Below are positions 17,924 to 26,064 of a stretch of DNA of 32,000 nucleotides, piece by piece; position 1 is the stretch's first letter; each line of letters begins with the position of its first letter. The notes beneath the pieces were generated by a model. It did not search any database. It had not been told where the DNA came from and saw only the letters and a program-made list of their open reading frames with translations. The translations under genes were made by a program, and so were the position numbers. This DNA is from an uncultured Muribaculaceae bacterium (GTDB lineage: Bacteria > Pseudomonadota > Alphaproteobacteria > Rs-D84), in NCBI GenBank assembly GCA_965231035.1, contig OZ246409.1, positions 331,101-363,100 of the forward strand. Direction: 5' to 3'.

Positions 17924-19372
17924 TTAATAAGCTACTTTAAACCAATCTGTTTGTCCGTTATTTACAACCATAACATAGTCAGAACCATCCGCAGGTGCGC
18001 CTGTGGTACTTGGAACATCCCCTGGTTGCAAAGCTGTATCCGCCTTGCCCAAAGAAGATTGAACATCTGTTGCCAACTTTGGTTTTGTAACATTGGCATC
18101 ATCGATATCATTTGTTGCAACAGTATTCTTCGCAGCCAAAGCACCCAAGCTGGCTGTATCTGCTTTTGTCGACAAAGAAGTATTTACTTCTGTTTTTGTT
18201 GCATAGTTGGACATATCGGCCGATTGCAATGCTGTATCTGCTTTATCCAGAGAAGATTGGACATCCGTCGATAATTTTGGTTTAGTAACATTCGCGTCAT
18301 CAATATCTGTTGTTGCTACTGTATTCTTTGCAGCCAAAGCACCTAAACTCGCTGTGTCTGCCTTGGTTGATAAATCTGTTTTTGTAGCATAATTAACTAA
18401 ATCCGCTGGTTGAACTGCTGTATCTGCTTTGGCCCCTTGGACAGATGTTGCATAATTAGCAGCAGCAGCATTTATCGCAGCAATAATTGCTGAATTCATT
18501 TCCAGTGTTGTTGAATATCCTGACAAATCAGCACCAGATCCAGGTTCACCCTGTGGACCTTGGGCACCAGTATCACCTTTGTCACCCTTTTCGCCTTGAG
18601 GACCCTGTAATCCTTGTTCACCCTGTGGGCCTTGTAATCCCTGCTCTCCTTGGAGACCTTGTAAACCTTGTTCACCTTGAAGTCCCTGGGCACCATCAGC
18701 ACCTTTTAAATCTTGCAGGGATACCAAGTTAGTCCATGTACTGGATGCATCGTCATACTTCCATTGAATATGCGTTCCGTCTGATTGTAATAATATTTTT
18801 TCGCCGTTTACATTAACTGCGGATATAACACCATTTGCAATTTCAATCCCCGCACCAGCTGTTAAAATATCTTGTTTTGAATCTAATAATGTATCAGTTT
18901 CTGTTTTTGAATACTGATTATCATTAGCATCTTTTATATTATCTACTCTGGTATCTAAAACATCTATTTGATTTTGTAAATCTGTGTTATTACCTGTGCT
19001 GCCATTTGATGTGCTATAGCTGGGATTTTGAGATCTGATAGAGCTGCCACCACCAACATTTTTTCCACCACTTAAATATTTTCCAACAGAAAGTCTTGAA
19101 GAATAATAGCCAGAAGAATTTCTGGCAACACTTGTATCATTGGAATCAGAAGAAGTACTTGTTGAAGAACTGTCTGTATCAGTATTTGAATTTACTCTGA
19201 TAGACGCAGCACGCAAAGAACCCGTACGTGCAGCTGTTGCATCGGAAGCACTGTTATATGTAGTCGCACCACCAAAAGATCTTATGGACGGAGCAGCATG
19301 TACACCACTAAAAGTGGTTGTACAAAAAACGCAAACTATTGATAATAATGATATCTTTACGTTATGTCTCAT
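17924..19372 (-). CDS. Secreted collagen-like plus tail-fibre-repeat protein (482 aa)
   Basis: Signal peptide MRHNVKISLLSIVCVFCTTTFSGVHA and a Ser/Thr/Asn-rich region. HIQWKYDDASSTWTNLVSLQDLKG leads into 19 G-X-Y triplets (DNA 18533-18703), followed by two tandem ~63-aa units containing DTASLGALAAKNTVAT.DIDDANVTKPKL.TDVQSSL.KADTALQ. Confidence 0.85.
   Translation of the reverse strand: MRHNVKISLLSIVCVFCTTTFSGVHAAPSIRSFGGATTYNSASDATAARTGSLRAASIRVNSNTDTDSSSTSTSSDSNDTSVARNSSGYYSSRLSVGKYLSGGKNVGGGSSIRSQNPSYSTSNGSTGNNTDLQNQIDVLDTRVDNIKDANDNQYSKTETDTLLDSKQDILTAGAGIEIANGVISAVNVNGEKILLQSDGTHIQWKYDDASSTWTNLVSLQDLKGADGAQGLQGEQGLQGLQGEQGLQGPQGEQGLQGPQGEKGDKGDTGAQGPQGEPGSGADLSGYSTTLEMNSAIIAAINAAAANYATSVQGAKADTAVQPADLVNYATKTDLSTKADTASLGALAAKNTVATTDIDDANVTKPKLSTDVQSSLDKADTALQSADMSNYATKTEVNTSLSTKADTASLGALAAKNTVATNDIDDANVTKPKLATDVQSSLGKADTALQPGDVPSTTGAPADGSDYVMVVNNGQTDWFKVAY
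18025..18410. repeat. Tandem ~190-nt duplication inside the 482-aa fibre gene
   Basis: Two adjacent near-identical coding units (approximate boundaries 18025-18222 and 18223-18410). The same module occurs once each in the 285-aa and 300-aa genes. Confidence 0.75.
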
Positions 19373-19431
19373 TAATTCTCTCTACCCTCAACAGTATACC
19401 ACATTTTTGACCCTCATAAAAGTGCCTATTT

Positions 19432-20142
19432 TTAAAATTCGTATCTTAACCCCAAAGAAAACTGATTATCTAAAACCAAACCAATATCTGATTTAAAATA
19501 ATACTTCTCATAAACATCATCTTTATCAGGATCTGCTTCAAAATATCTGGTATGACTAGTACCGTAAAAACCAGCAATTCTATAACGCAAATCCAAAATA
19601 AATCTGTAATCTAATCTGTGTGAAAGTCCAAAAATCAAGCCACCCATTGGTGATAAAGATGTTTTCTCACGATTACCTGGCAGAAAAGCATCCCAATTCC
19701 AAACTGTTTTTGGAAATGCCAATCCAGCCGAAGCACCAAGATACAAACCATTTCTGAAATCATACAAAGCACTTGATAAAACATACGGTGTTGAAAAATT
19801 AAATTCGATGCCTTGATCTTGATCTGTGAACGTTCCTGTGTAACCTGCTTCAACTTCACCACGCCAAAAATAACTAAAGGATTTACCAATTGTAAAACTG
19901 CCACCAAAAGATGGTGAAAAAGAATATTTATCACAAGAGTATTCTTTTTGTGCATCTTTTGTATCATTCGAATTATAATTATTTGTCCAACTAAGCATAT
20001 TCATTTCGGCACGAAAACCCATGTACCATCCGGTTTTTTCTTCGTAAACCCTACGATTATCACCAATTAAATAATCTTGAACTGCATCGGCCTGCGAAAC
20101 AGTAAAAAAACACAATAAAAAAGCGTATAACAATCTCTTCAT
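19432..20142 (-). CDS. Outer-membrane beta-barrel protein heading the fibre gene cluster
   Basis: Signal peptide MKRLLYAFLLCFFTVSQADA, amphipathic strand pattern, and C-terminal SLGLRYEF. The start at 20142 is preferred but not certain (the track gives 20178). Confidence 0.6.
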   Translation of the reverse strand: MKRLLYAFLLCFFTVSQADAVQDYLIGDNRRVYEEKTGWYMGFRAEMNMLSWTNNYNSNDTKDAQKEYSCDKYSFSPSFGGSFTIGKSFSYFWRGEVEAGYTGTFTDQDQGIEFNFSTPYVLSSALYDFRNGLYLGASAGLAFPKTVWNWDAFLPGNREKTSLSPMGGLIFGLSHRLDYRFILDLRYRIAGFYGTSHTRYFEADPDKDDVYEKYYFKSDIGLVLDNQFSLGLRYEF

Positions 20143-20287
20143 AACATTTTGATGTATATACATCATATCACAAAACAAAGTACCATCAAAACGCTAAATC
20201 CCTAAAATGTTATAACTTGTTAATTTATGACTAAATTTAAGAGCTTGATACTTGACCATAATAAGTTTTTTTACTAATATCCATCCC

Positions 20288-21076
20288 ATGGATAATGATA
20301 CCGCAATATCTTTTGCAAATGTTGGTGCACATTATGATAATGGACGTGAAGTTCTGTCAGATGTTTCTTTTAATATCAGTAAAGGTTCCTTTTATTTTCT
20401 TTCTGGGGCATCGGGTGCCGGTAAAACAACTTTATTAAAATTAATCTATCAGCTTCACCGGCAAAGTCGCGGTAATATAAAATTATTTGGCAAAACTACA
20501 AATGGCTTGTCCAGGGATGACATAACGGATTTGCGTAAAAGAATGGCCATTGTTTTCCAAGAATATTCACTTCTTTCACATTTATCTGTTTTTGATAATG
20601 TTGCTATGCCTTTGCGTGTTCGCGGAATATCTGAAAACAAAATCAAGAAATTGGTTGGTAAAACTTTGGAATGGGTTGGTCTTGGCAGATACGCTGATTC
20701 AAATCCCAAAGAATTAAGTGGGGGTCAACAACAACGCGTTTCTGTTGCGCGTGCAATTATTGTTCAACCTGAAATTTTGCTTGCTGACGAACCAACAGGA
20801 AATTTGGATGATGAAAATGCATCCAGACTGATGGAATTATTTATTCAAATGAATAAAAATTTCGGAACGACAATTATTCTGGCAACACACAGTAGAAAAT
20901 TGATGGACTCTTATAAATTTCCAACAATAATGGTTGAAAACCACCGTGTAAGTTTTACGGGTAATGATAAAGAATCAGAAAATTCTGACAAGAAGGTGTG
21001 GAAAGGTCCAAAACCACAAAATTATTTTTCCGAACTGTCCAAACAGTTTGATAACATTGTGAATCCAAAATTATGA
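20288..21076 (+). CDS. ftsE: Cell-division ABC ATPase FtsE, with a C-terminal extension
   Basis: Walker A GASGAGKTTLLK, signature LSGGQQQRV, Walker B ILLADEPTGNLD. Its stop overlaps the ftsX start (ATGA). Confidence 0.88.
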   Translation: MDNDTAISFANVGAHYDNGREVLSDVSFNISKGSFYFLSGASGAGKTTLLKLIYQLHRQSRGNIKLFGKTTNGLSRDDITDLRKRMAIVFQEYSLLSHLSVFDNVAMPLRVRGISENKIKKLVGKTLEWVGLGRYADSNPKELSGGQQQRVSVARAIIVQPEILLADEPTGNLDDENASRLMELFIQMNKNFGTTIILATHSRKLMDSYKFPTIMVENHRVSFTGNDKESENSDKKVWKGPKPQNYFSELSKQFDNIVNPKL

Positions 21077-21936
21077 AAATGATAAAGAAGCCACTTGTAT
21101 TTTCTTTGATACGCGAACAGTCAATATTTATGACCGCGATTATGTCATTGTTAACTTTTATGTCGGTTTTGATTTTAGGGATTGCTTTATCAATCGGTAT
21201 TGGTGTTGCACGTTGGAATTCCCAATGGGATTTATTTGCAACTGTCCAAGTTATGTCAGATGAAAATCTTCCTGCAACACAAAATGTTATTCGTGAAAAT
21301 GTTTCAAAAATTGCATCTATAAAAGAAATATCCAAAGAAGATATGGAACAAATGCTTCGTCCATGGATGTCCGGCGGCAGCTCTGAACTTGGAAACTATC
21401 TTCCAAAAATGTATGAAATAAAATTCAAAGACAAATCTTATATCACCCCATTTGGCGAAAAAGTTTCTGGTTCAGCACGTTTCTTGACCCACAGCACAGC
21501 ACTCAGCAATTCAATCAACGCAGGATGGCGAATGATTGGAATTTCTGGACTTGTTCTGCTTTTGACACTTGGGGCAATTGCAATTTGTATTTCTTATATT
21601 GCGAAAAATACCGCCCTGCTTCACAGACGTGAATTGGAAATATTAAACCAGATTGGCGCACGTGACTCTTTTGTGGCGAAACAAATGCAAATAATTGTTG
21701 GAAAAATTTCTGGTCTGGCTGGATTACTTGGTTTTGCAGCAGCGTTACCGGTTTTGGAATTGATTTTATCAACTGCAAAAAGTGCCCGTGTTGGATTGAT
21801 GGCGATGATGGGATTAAATGGTATCAGTTGGATGCTGTTGATTATGATGCCAATCGCAATCGTGATATTTTCAATTTACATAACTAAAAAAACAACCCTT
21901 AAAATTCTTAATAAAGCAAACGATGAAATTTTTTAA
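21073..21936 (+). CDS. ftsX: Cell-division permease-like protein FtsX
   Basis: Translationally coupled to ftsE. Has an N-terminal TM, a periplasmic domain and three C-terminal TM segments, which is the FtsX topology. Confidence 0.8.
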   Translation: MKMIKKPLVFSLIREQSIFMTAIMSLLTFMSVLILGIALSIGIGVARWNSQWDLFATVQVMSDENLPATQNVIRENVSKIASIKEISKEDMEQMLRPWMSGGSSELGNYLPKMYEIKFKDKSYITPFGEKVSGSARFLTHSTALSNSINAGWRMIGISGLVLLLTLGAIAICISYIAKNTALLHRRELEILNQIGARDSFVAKQMQIIVGKISGLAGLLGFAAALPVLELILSTAKSARVGLMAMMGLNGISWMLLIMMPIAIVIFSIYITKKTTLKILNKANDEIF

Positions 21937-22432
21937 CCCATCTTTATTGATATTGTGTTTGTTCGTCTTGGGCGGGGCAATATTTAAATCTACAGCTCCA
22001 ACCAGATGTTCTGTAATACTTCCGAACGATAATATTTTTGTTTTGACTGGTGATTTTCGCAGAATACCATTTGCGATGCGTCAGATGCGAAAACATCCAA
22101 CTGCACAGGTTTATGTTATTGGTGCAGGTGCCAGTGGTATAAATATGCCATCAACTGTTGTTATAGAATCTAAATCCAGGTCAACTTATCAAAATGCGAT
22201 GGCAATAAAAAGAATCGTTGAACAAAGGGGTTTGGACAGAATTGTTCTGATAACAACTGTTGATCATTTTAATCGTGCAAAGTACTTGATAAGAAATGAA
22301 TTACCTGATATTGATATTGCACCTTGCCCTGTTTCATTAACTGGAATGCCGGCTTCAAAAAGACTTGAAAGATGGACAACTGAATATGTAAAGTATATCG
22401 GTACATTAATCGGGGTAAAAGATAGTAAATAA
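21923..22432 (+). CDS. DUF218 (YdcF/ElyC/SanA-like) protein
   Basis: An N-terminal TM, then IFVLTGDFRRI...VYVIGAG...SRSTYQNA...IVLITTVDHFNRA, the characteristic DUF218 pattern. Confidence 0.65.
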   Translation: MKFFNPSLLILCLFVLGGAIFKSTAPTRCSVILPNDNIFVLTGDFRRIPFAMRQMRKHPTAQVYVIGAGASGINMPSTVVIESKSRSTYQNAMAIKRIVEQRGLDRIVLITTVDHFNRAKYLIRNELPDIDIAPCPVSLTGMPASKRLERWTTEYVKYIGTLIGVKDSK

Positions 22433-22451
22433 ATAAAGGAATATATATATT

Positions 22452-23159
22452 ATGATAAAGACTGTTTTGTTTAAGTTTTTTTTAGCTATTTGGTTCATTT
22501 TATGGTCGCCATTTTTGTTGTTGGGTTTACCTTCACGTAAATTAACCAGATTTTTTGTTTTGGCAGATGCGCGTGGTGTTTTGTGGCTGGCACACATTAT
22601 TGTTGGGATAAAATATAATATTCATTATCCCCCACGTGAGGAAAATGGTGTTCCATTTAAACCAAATGAAAACGACCGTGTCGATGGCAAGGCTATAATT
22701 GCAGCCAAGCATATGTCTATTTTGGAAATTGCTATATTAGCAACACATTTAACAAATTCATTTTTTATAATTAAACGTGAATTGATGTGGATACCAATTT
22801 ATGGTTGGGCTTTTTGGCGTATGGGATTCCAGGGCGTTAACCGTGACAAAGGTGCCACAAATATGCAAAAGCTGACCCAGTCGGTTGCAGAAAAAATTAT
22901 GGATAAACAAATTTTGATTATTTTTCCCGAAGGCACACGCGTAAAACCAGGTCAAAATGTTAAATTGAAACGTGGGCTGCTATTTATTGCAGAAAGTTTA
23001 AAACTTCCTATTTTGCCAGTTGGAACAGATTCGGGTCTTTATTGGCCAAAGAAAGGTAGAATGCATGGTGGAACTGCAAACGTTTATTTTGAAAATGTTT
23101 TGCCTTGCTCGGCTTCGTTGGAAGAAATCCGTGAAGCAATCAATCGTCACTCGGTTTAA
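22452..23159 (+). CDS. plsC: 1-acyl-sn-glycerol-3-phosphate acyltransferase
   Basis: AAKHMSILE (HX4D/E box), IFPEGTR, and an N-terminal TM. Confidence 0.8.
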   Translation: MIKTVLFKFFLAIWFILWSPFLLLGLPSRKLTRFFVLADARGVLWLAHIIVGIKYNIHYPPREENGVPFKPNENDRVDGKAIIAAKHMSILEIAILATHLTNSFFIIKRELMWIPIYGWAFWRMGFQGVNRDKGATNMQKLTQSVAEKIMDKQILIIFPEGTRVKPGQNVKLKRGLLFIAESLKLPILPVGTDSGLYWPKKGRMHGGTANVYFENVLPCSASLEEIREAINRHSV

Positions 23160-23234
23160 ATAAAAATAGTCGATTATATTTTTTTGTAGTTTTTTATTTA
23201 CATAAAAACTATAATTAAAAGAATTTGAGGAAAT

Positions 23235-23621
23235 ATGAAAAAAATTCTGTTTGTTTTTTTAATAGTACTTTTGTCCTTAAACTCAAAATCCTACGGAAAT
23301 ACGTGCATGAATTGTATTCCGAATGGAAACAATACGGATCCATATTTGGATGGTTGTGACGATGCGCTATCACTGGGTTGTGAAGACTCTGGTGCAGGTG
23401 CAGAAATTATTACTTGTCTTAGTTGTTCTAGTGGTTATAGCACAGTTTCTCATAGTTCTGGGTGCGGCACTTATTACACATGTTCTACCAGCGGCGGTGG
23501 TACACCTTGCACAGGTACTTATACCACGCTGAATGTGGATTTTAGTGATGATGGTCGCGGCAGCGGACACTATGTAGAACATAGATATTCTACAGCTTGT
23601 GATTGTGGTGCAGCTCAATAA
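23235..23621 (+). CDS. Secreted Cys-rich protein (128 aa)
   Basis: Signal peptide MKKILFVFLIVLLSLNSKSYG. About 14 Cys in ~105 mature residues, including CLSCSSGY...C...C. Confidence 0.65.
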   Translation: MKKILFVFLIVLLSLNSKSYGNTCMNCIPNGNNTDPYLDGCDDALSLGCEDSGAGAEIITCLSCSSGYSTVSHSSGCGTYYTCSTSGGGTPCTGTYTTLNVDFSDDGRGSGHYVEHRYSTACDCGAAQ

Positions 23622-23635
23622 AAATAGAAAAAATT

Positions 23636-23995
23636 ATGAAAAAAAAATTACTAATTTCTTTTTTCACAATATTCATAATTGCACTTTATTCAAAGGCTGC
23701 ATCCGCTGCTGTAACATATTGCATTGTTGATACCGTTTATACCTCATGTGATGCTGGATATTATCTTTCTGGCGGAGTTTGTTCAGTATGTCCCACAGAC
23801 ACTTATAAAGATACCATCTCTGCAGCGGGCTCTTGTACATCATGTCCTTATTTACAAGATGTTCAGGGTCATACAAGTGGAACATCTTACACAAACCATG
23901 ATTCTATTACAGATTGTTTTGTTTTATCTGGTACAACATTTTCAGACACTTCTGGTTCTTATTCATTTACCAGTAATTGTTATTACAGTAATTAA
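23636..23995 (+). CDS. Secreted Cys-rich protein with ephrin-receptor-like/VSP-like Cys spacing (119 aa)
   Basis: Signal peptide MKKKLLISFFTIFIIALYSKAASA, then C-x7-C-DAGYYLSGGVC-SVCPTDTYKD...GSC-TSCPY. I prefer the start at 23636 over the track start at 23603. Confidence 0.65.
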   Translation: MKKKLLISFFTIFIIALYSKAASAAVTYCIVDTVYTSCDAGYYLSGGVCSVCPTDTYKDTISAAGSCTSCPYLQDVQGHTSGTSYTNHDSITDCFVLSGTTFSDTSGSYSFTSNCYYSN

Positions 23996-24021
23996 TTAAA
24001 AATCCGCCTGCTTGCGAATTT

Positions 24022-24432
24022 TTATTTACACCATCCAAAGCGGTGACCACCATTATATTTTCTTACCAGCTTTTCTTTTATCATAACATCACTGACATTA
24101 ACACCTTTGGATGTTTTAACATTGGCATCAATTCGCCCAAGATATTTATCATCTTTGATATCTGTTAATTCAACAACAGCGCCCAAAGGTAAAAGTTCTG
24201 ACAAGCGTTTCTTGGCAATTTTTGCACCCTGGATTTCCGAATCGCATTTTCCATTAATCTCTGGGGCATCAATATCCAAAATACGAACCCGAACAGATAT
24301 TTTTATGTTATCTTCCAATTTTACCTGGGCCCCAAAAGTATCACCATCAAAGATATAATTCACCGTCGCTGGCACAGCATAAGAAGCAATTGGAAGAAAA
24401 ATACCGGTAAAAATTATAGCTAGTTTCTTCAT
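24022..24432 (-). CDS. Secreted thermonuclease (SNase-like) family protein
   Basis: Signal peptide MKKLAIIFTGIFLPIASYA, then FDGDTF...VRVRILDIDAPE...DKYLGRIDANV, which carries the SNase catalytic motifs. Confidence 0.7.
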   Translation of the reverse strand: MKKLAIIFTGIFLPIASYAVPATVNYIFDGDTFGAQVKLEDNIKISVRVRILDIDAPEINGKCDSEIQGAKIAKKRLSELLPLGAVVELTDIKDDKYLGRIDANVKTSKGVNVSDVMIKEKLVRKYNGGHRFGWCK

Positions 24433-24440
24433 TGAATTAT

Positions 24441-25766
24441 TTACGGTAAACGTGGGGACCAAGTTGGTTCAACCCCGTTTATATTCTTTGGCAATGGAAT
24501 GTCATACAGGTTTTGACCCATTATATCCACACTGCGAATATGACTGACGCGTTCCATATCATCCATTGTTTTTTCTGTTTCATAATAAACTATACGACGA
24601 GACCCAGGTGCCCAGCTGGGGGATTCCATATACCAACCACCTGCCAATATTTTTTCGTTTCGACCGTTTTCATCCATAATACCAACATAAAATGTATCGT
24701 CTGCAATTTTTGTAAATGCAATGAATTGACCATCAGGTGACCAAGCCGGTGTAGCATAACGACCATCACCATAAGTTATTCTTTTTTGAACCCCAGTTTC
24801 CAAATCCAGCATATGTAATTGTTGGCTGCCCGAACGATTCGAGTTAAATGCCATTTTTTTACCATCTGGTGAATAAGCCGGACTGGTATCAATTGATTTG
24901 CCGAATGTCAGCTGACGCAAAGTTTTCTTGGCTATGTCGTATTCATAAATGTTTGTAATACCTTCTTTGACCAGTGACAAAGCAACTTTTGTTCCATCAG
25001 GTGAAAAACGTGGTGCAAATGTCATTCCGCCGAATCGTCCCAAACGCCTTTGGTCGCCAGTATTCATATCCAGTGTCCAAACCATTGGATCATTATCGCG
25101 ATAAGATAAAAATACAACGTTCTGCATGTTCGGCGAAAAGTGTGGAGACATAACAAAAGTCTTGGCATCAGAAACATATCTGAATCCATAACCGTCTTGA
25201 TCCATTATTGCCATACGTTTTACTCTATCGTCGACTGGTCCTGTTTCGGCAATAAATATTATCTGGGTGTCAAAATATCCAACCTCACCCGTTAATCTTT
25301 CATAAATTGCATCAGCCATAATGTGTGCCATACGACGTGCAGCTTTTTTCGAAGAAACCAAACTTTGTGCTTCGATTTGTTCTTTGCCGTTTACATCCCA
25401 AACATAGAAATCTATTTTATAGCGATTATTTTTCTCGGCTACCATTTTAACCTGGACCAGAACCTGGGTTTTTATGGCCATCCAGCTTTGGAAATTTGGT
25501 AATTGATTCATCTTGGCAAATTCTTGGAACGCATCGTGACCGACGATTCGGAACATCCCAGTAGATTTTAAATCCTTTTCCAATACATCACGTACCATTG
25601 CGGCATCTTTGGAATTAACACGACCATCAGTTTCAAAACGCTGAACCGCAATTGAAATTGGATCAACACCACCAGCAATAATATCAACCTTGATTTCGGC
25701 ATTTGCTAATGACACAAAAAAACATCCGCCCAAGACAACAAAAAACTTTAAAAATTTATTAAACAT
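24441..25766 (-). CDS. tolB: Tol-Pal system beta-propeller protein TolB
   Basis: Signal peptide MFNKFLKFFVVLGGCFFVSLANA preceded by an AAGGA RBS, the N-terminal TolB domain (PISIAVQRFE), and repeated P.[FW]SPDG propeller blades. I prefer the start at 25766 over the track start at 25841. Confidence 0.9.
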   Translation of the reverse strand: MFNKFLKFFVVLGGCFFVSLANAEIKVDIIAGGVDPISIAVQRFETDGRVNSKDAAMVRDVLEKDLKSTGMFRIVGHDAFQEFAKMNQLPNFQSWMAIKTQVLVQVKMVAEKNNRYKIDFYVWDVNGKEQIEAQSLVSSKKAARRMAHIMADAIYERLTGEVGYFDTQIIFIAETGPVDDRVKRMAIMDQDGYGFRYVSDAKTFVMSPHFSPNMQNVVFLSYRDNDPMVWTLDMNTGDQRRLGRFGGMTFAPRFSPDGTKVALSLVKEGITNIYEYDIAKKTLRQLTFGKSIDTSPAYSPDGKKMAFNSNRSGSQQLHMLDLETGVQKRITYGDGRYATPAWSPDGQFIAFTKIADDTFYVGIMDENGRNEKILAGGWYMESPSWAPGSRRIVYYETEKTMDDMERVSHIRSVDIMGQNLYDIPLPKNINGVEPTWSPRLP

Positions 25767-25920
25767 AACCCTTATTCCTTTCCACAACATTGTGCATAAA
25801 TTCAGATATTTGATTTTATATAGCTTTGTAAGAAAAAGCAAGGATTGCCGTCATCAAGATTCAAAAAACTAAAACAAATTTCCAAGATTCAAATAAATAA
25901 AATTTAAAATTTTGTCGATA

Positions 25921-26052
25921 TACAAACACCTATACAAATGCCTTTACATCCGTGATTACAAGTGCAATTACAAATGTATTGACATCTGTATTTACAGTGA
26001 TATAGTCAACTGTAATTACACTTGTATTTATAAGTGTATTTATAATTGTATA
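25921..26052. promoter_or_regulatory. Array of 11 tandem 12-bp iterons (consensus TACAAnTGTATT)
   Basis: Strict 12-bp register: tacaaacaccta tacaaatgcctt tacatccgtgat tacaagtgcaat tacaaatgtatt gacatctgtatt tacagtgatata gtcaactgtaat tacacttgtatt tataagtgtatt tataattgtata. Each unit contains the half-palindrome TACA..TGTA. Confidence 0.85.
25979..26006 (+). promoter_or_regulatory. Near-consensus sigma70 promoter embedded in the iteron array
   Basis: TTGACA (25979-25984), a 16-nt spacer, then TATAGT (26001-26006), about 55 nt upstream of the ATG at 26065. Confidence 0.5.
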
Positions 26053-26064
26053 TGGGGGTCTGGT

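Noticed and set aside
15451-18732. Alternative-frame and antisense ORFs across the collagen and fibre genes (for example 15451-15720, 15542-15940, 15589-15828, 16399-16639, 16919-17329, 17951-18392, 18487-18732)
   Set aside because: Triplet-periodic, stop-poor repeat DNA keeps several frames open. Only the annotated frames give signal peptides, G-X-Y runs and the shared tail-fibre motifs.
15374-19372. Diversity-generating retroelement or phase-variation invertase acting on the fibre genes
   Set aside because: There is no reverse transcriptase, template-repeat/variable-repeat pair with adenine-specific differences, invertase gene or inverted-repeat-flanked promoter in the window. The variation seen is better explained by paralogue recombination.
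25921-26052. Possible CRISPR array, suggested by the regular short repeats
   Set aside because: The units are contiguous 12-bp repeats with no spacers. They are far shorter than CRISPR repeats, and no cas genes are present. The pattern is an iteron or operator array.
25912-26064. The track's longer ORF, which would translate the iteron array as an N-terminal (I/L)YKC tetrapeptide-repeat extension of the RHH protein
   Set aside because: A 12-nt repeat of this composition has no stop in any of the three forward frames, so openness is uninformative. The ORF would need a TTG start with no RBS. In contrast, ATG 26065 has a GGGGG RBS, and a near-consensus promoter inside the array would start transcription downstream of 25912. 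The alternative is kept in the finding's refutation criteria.
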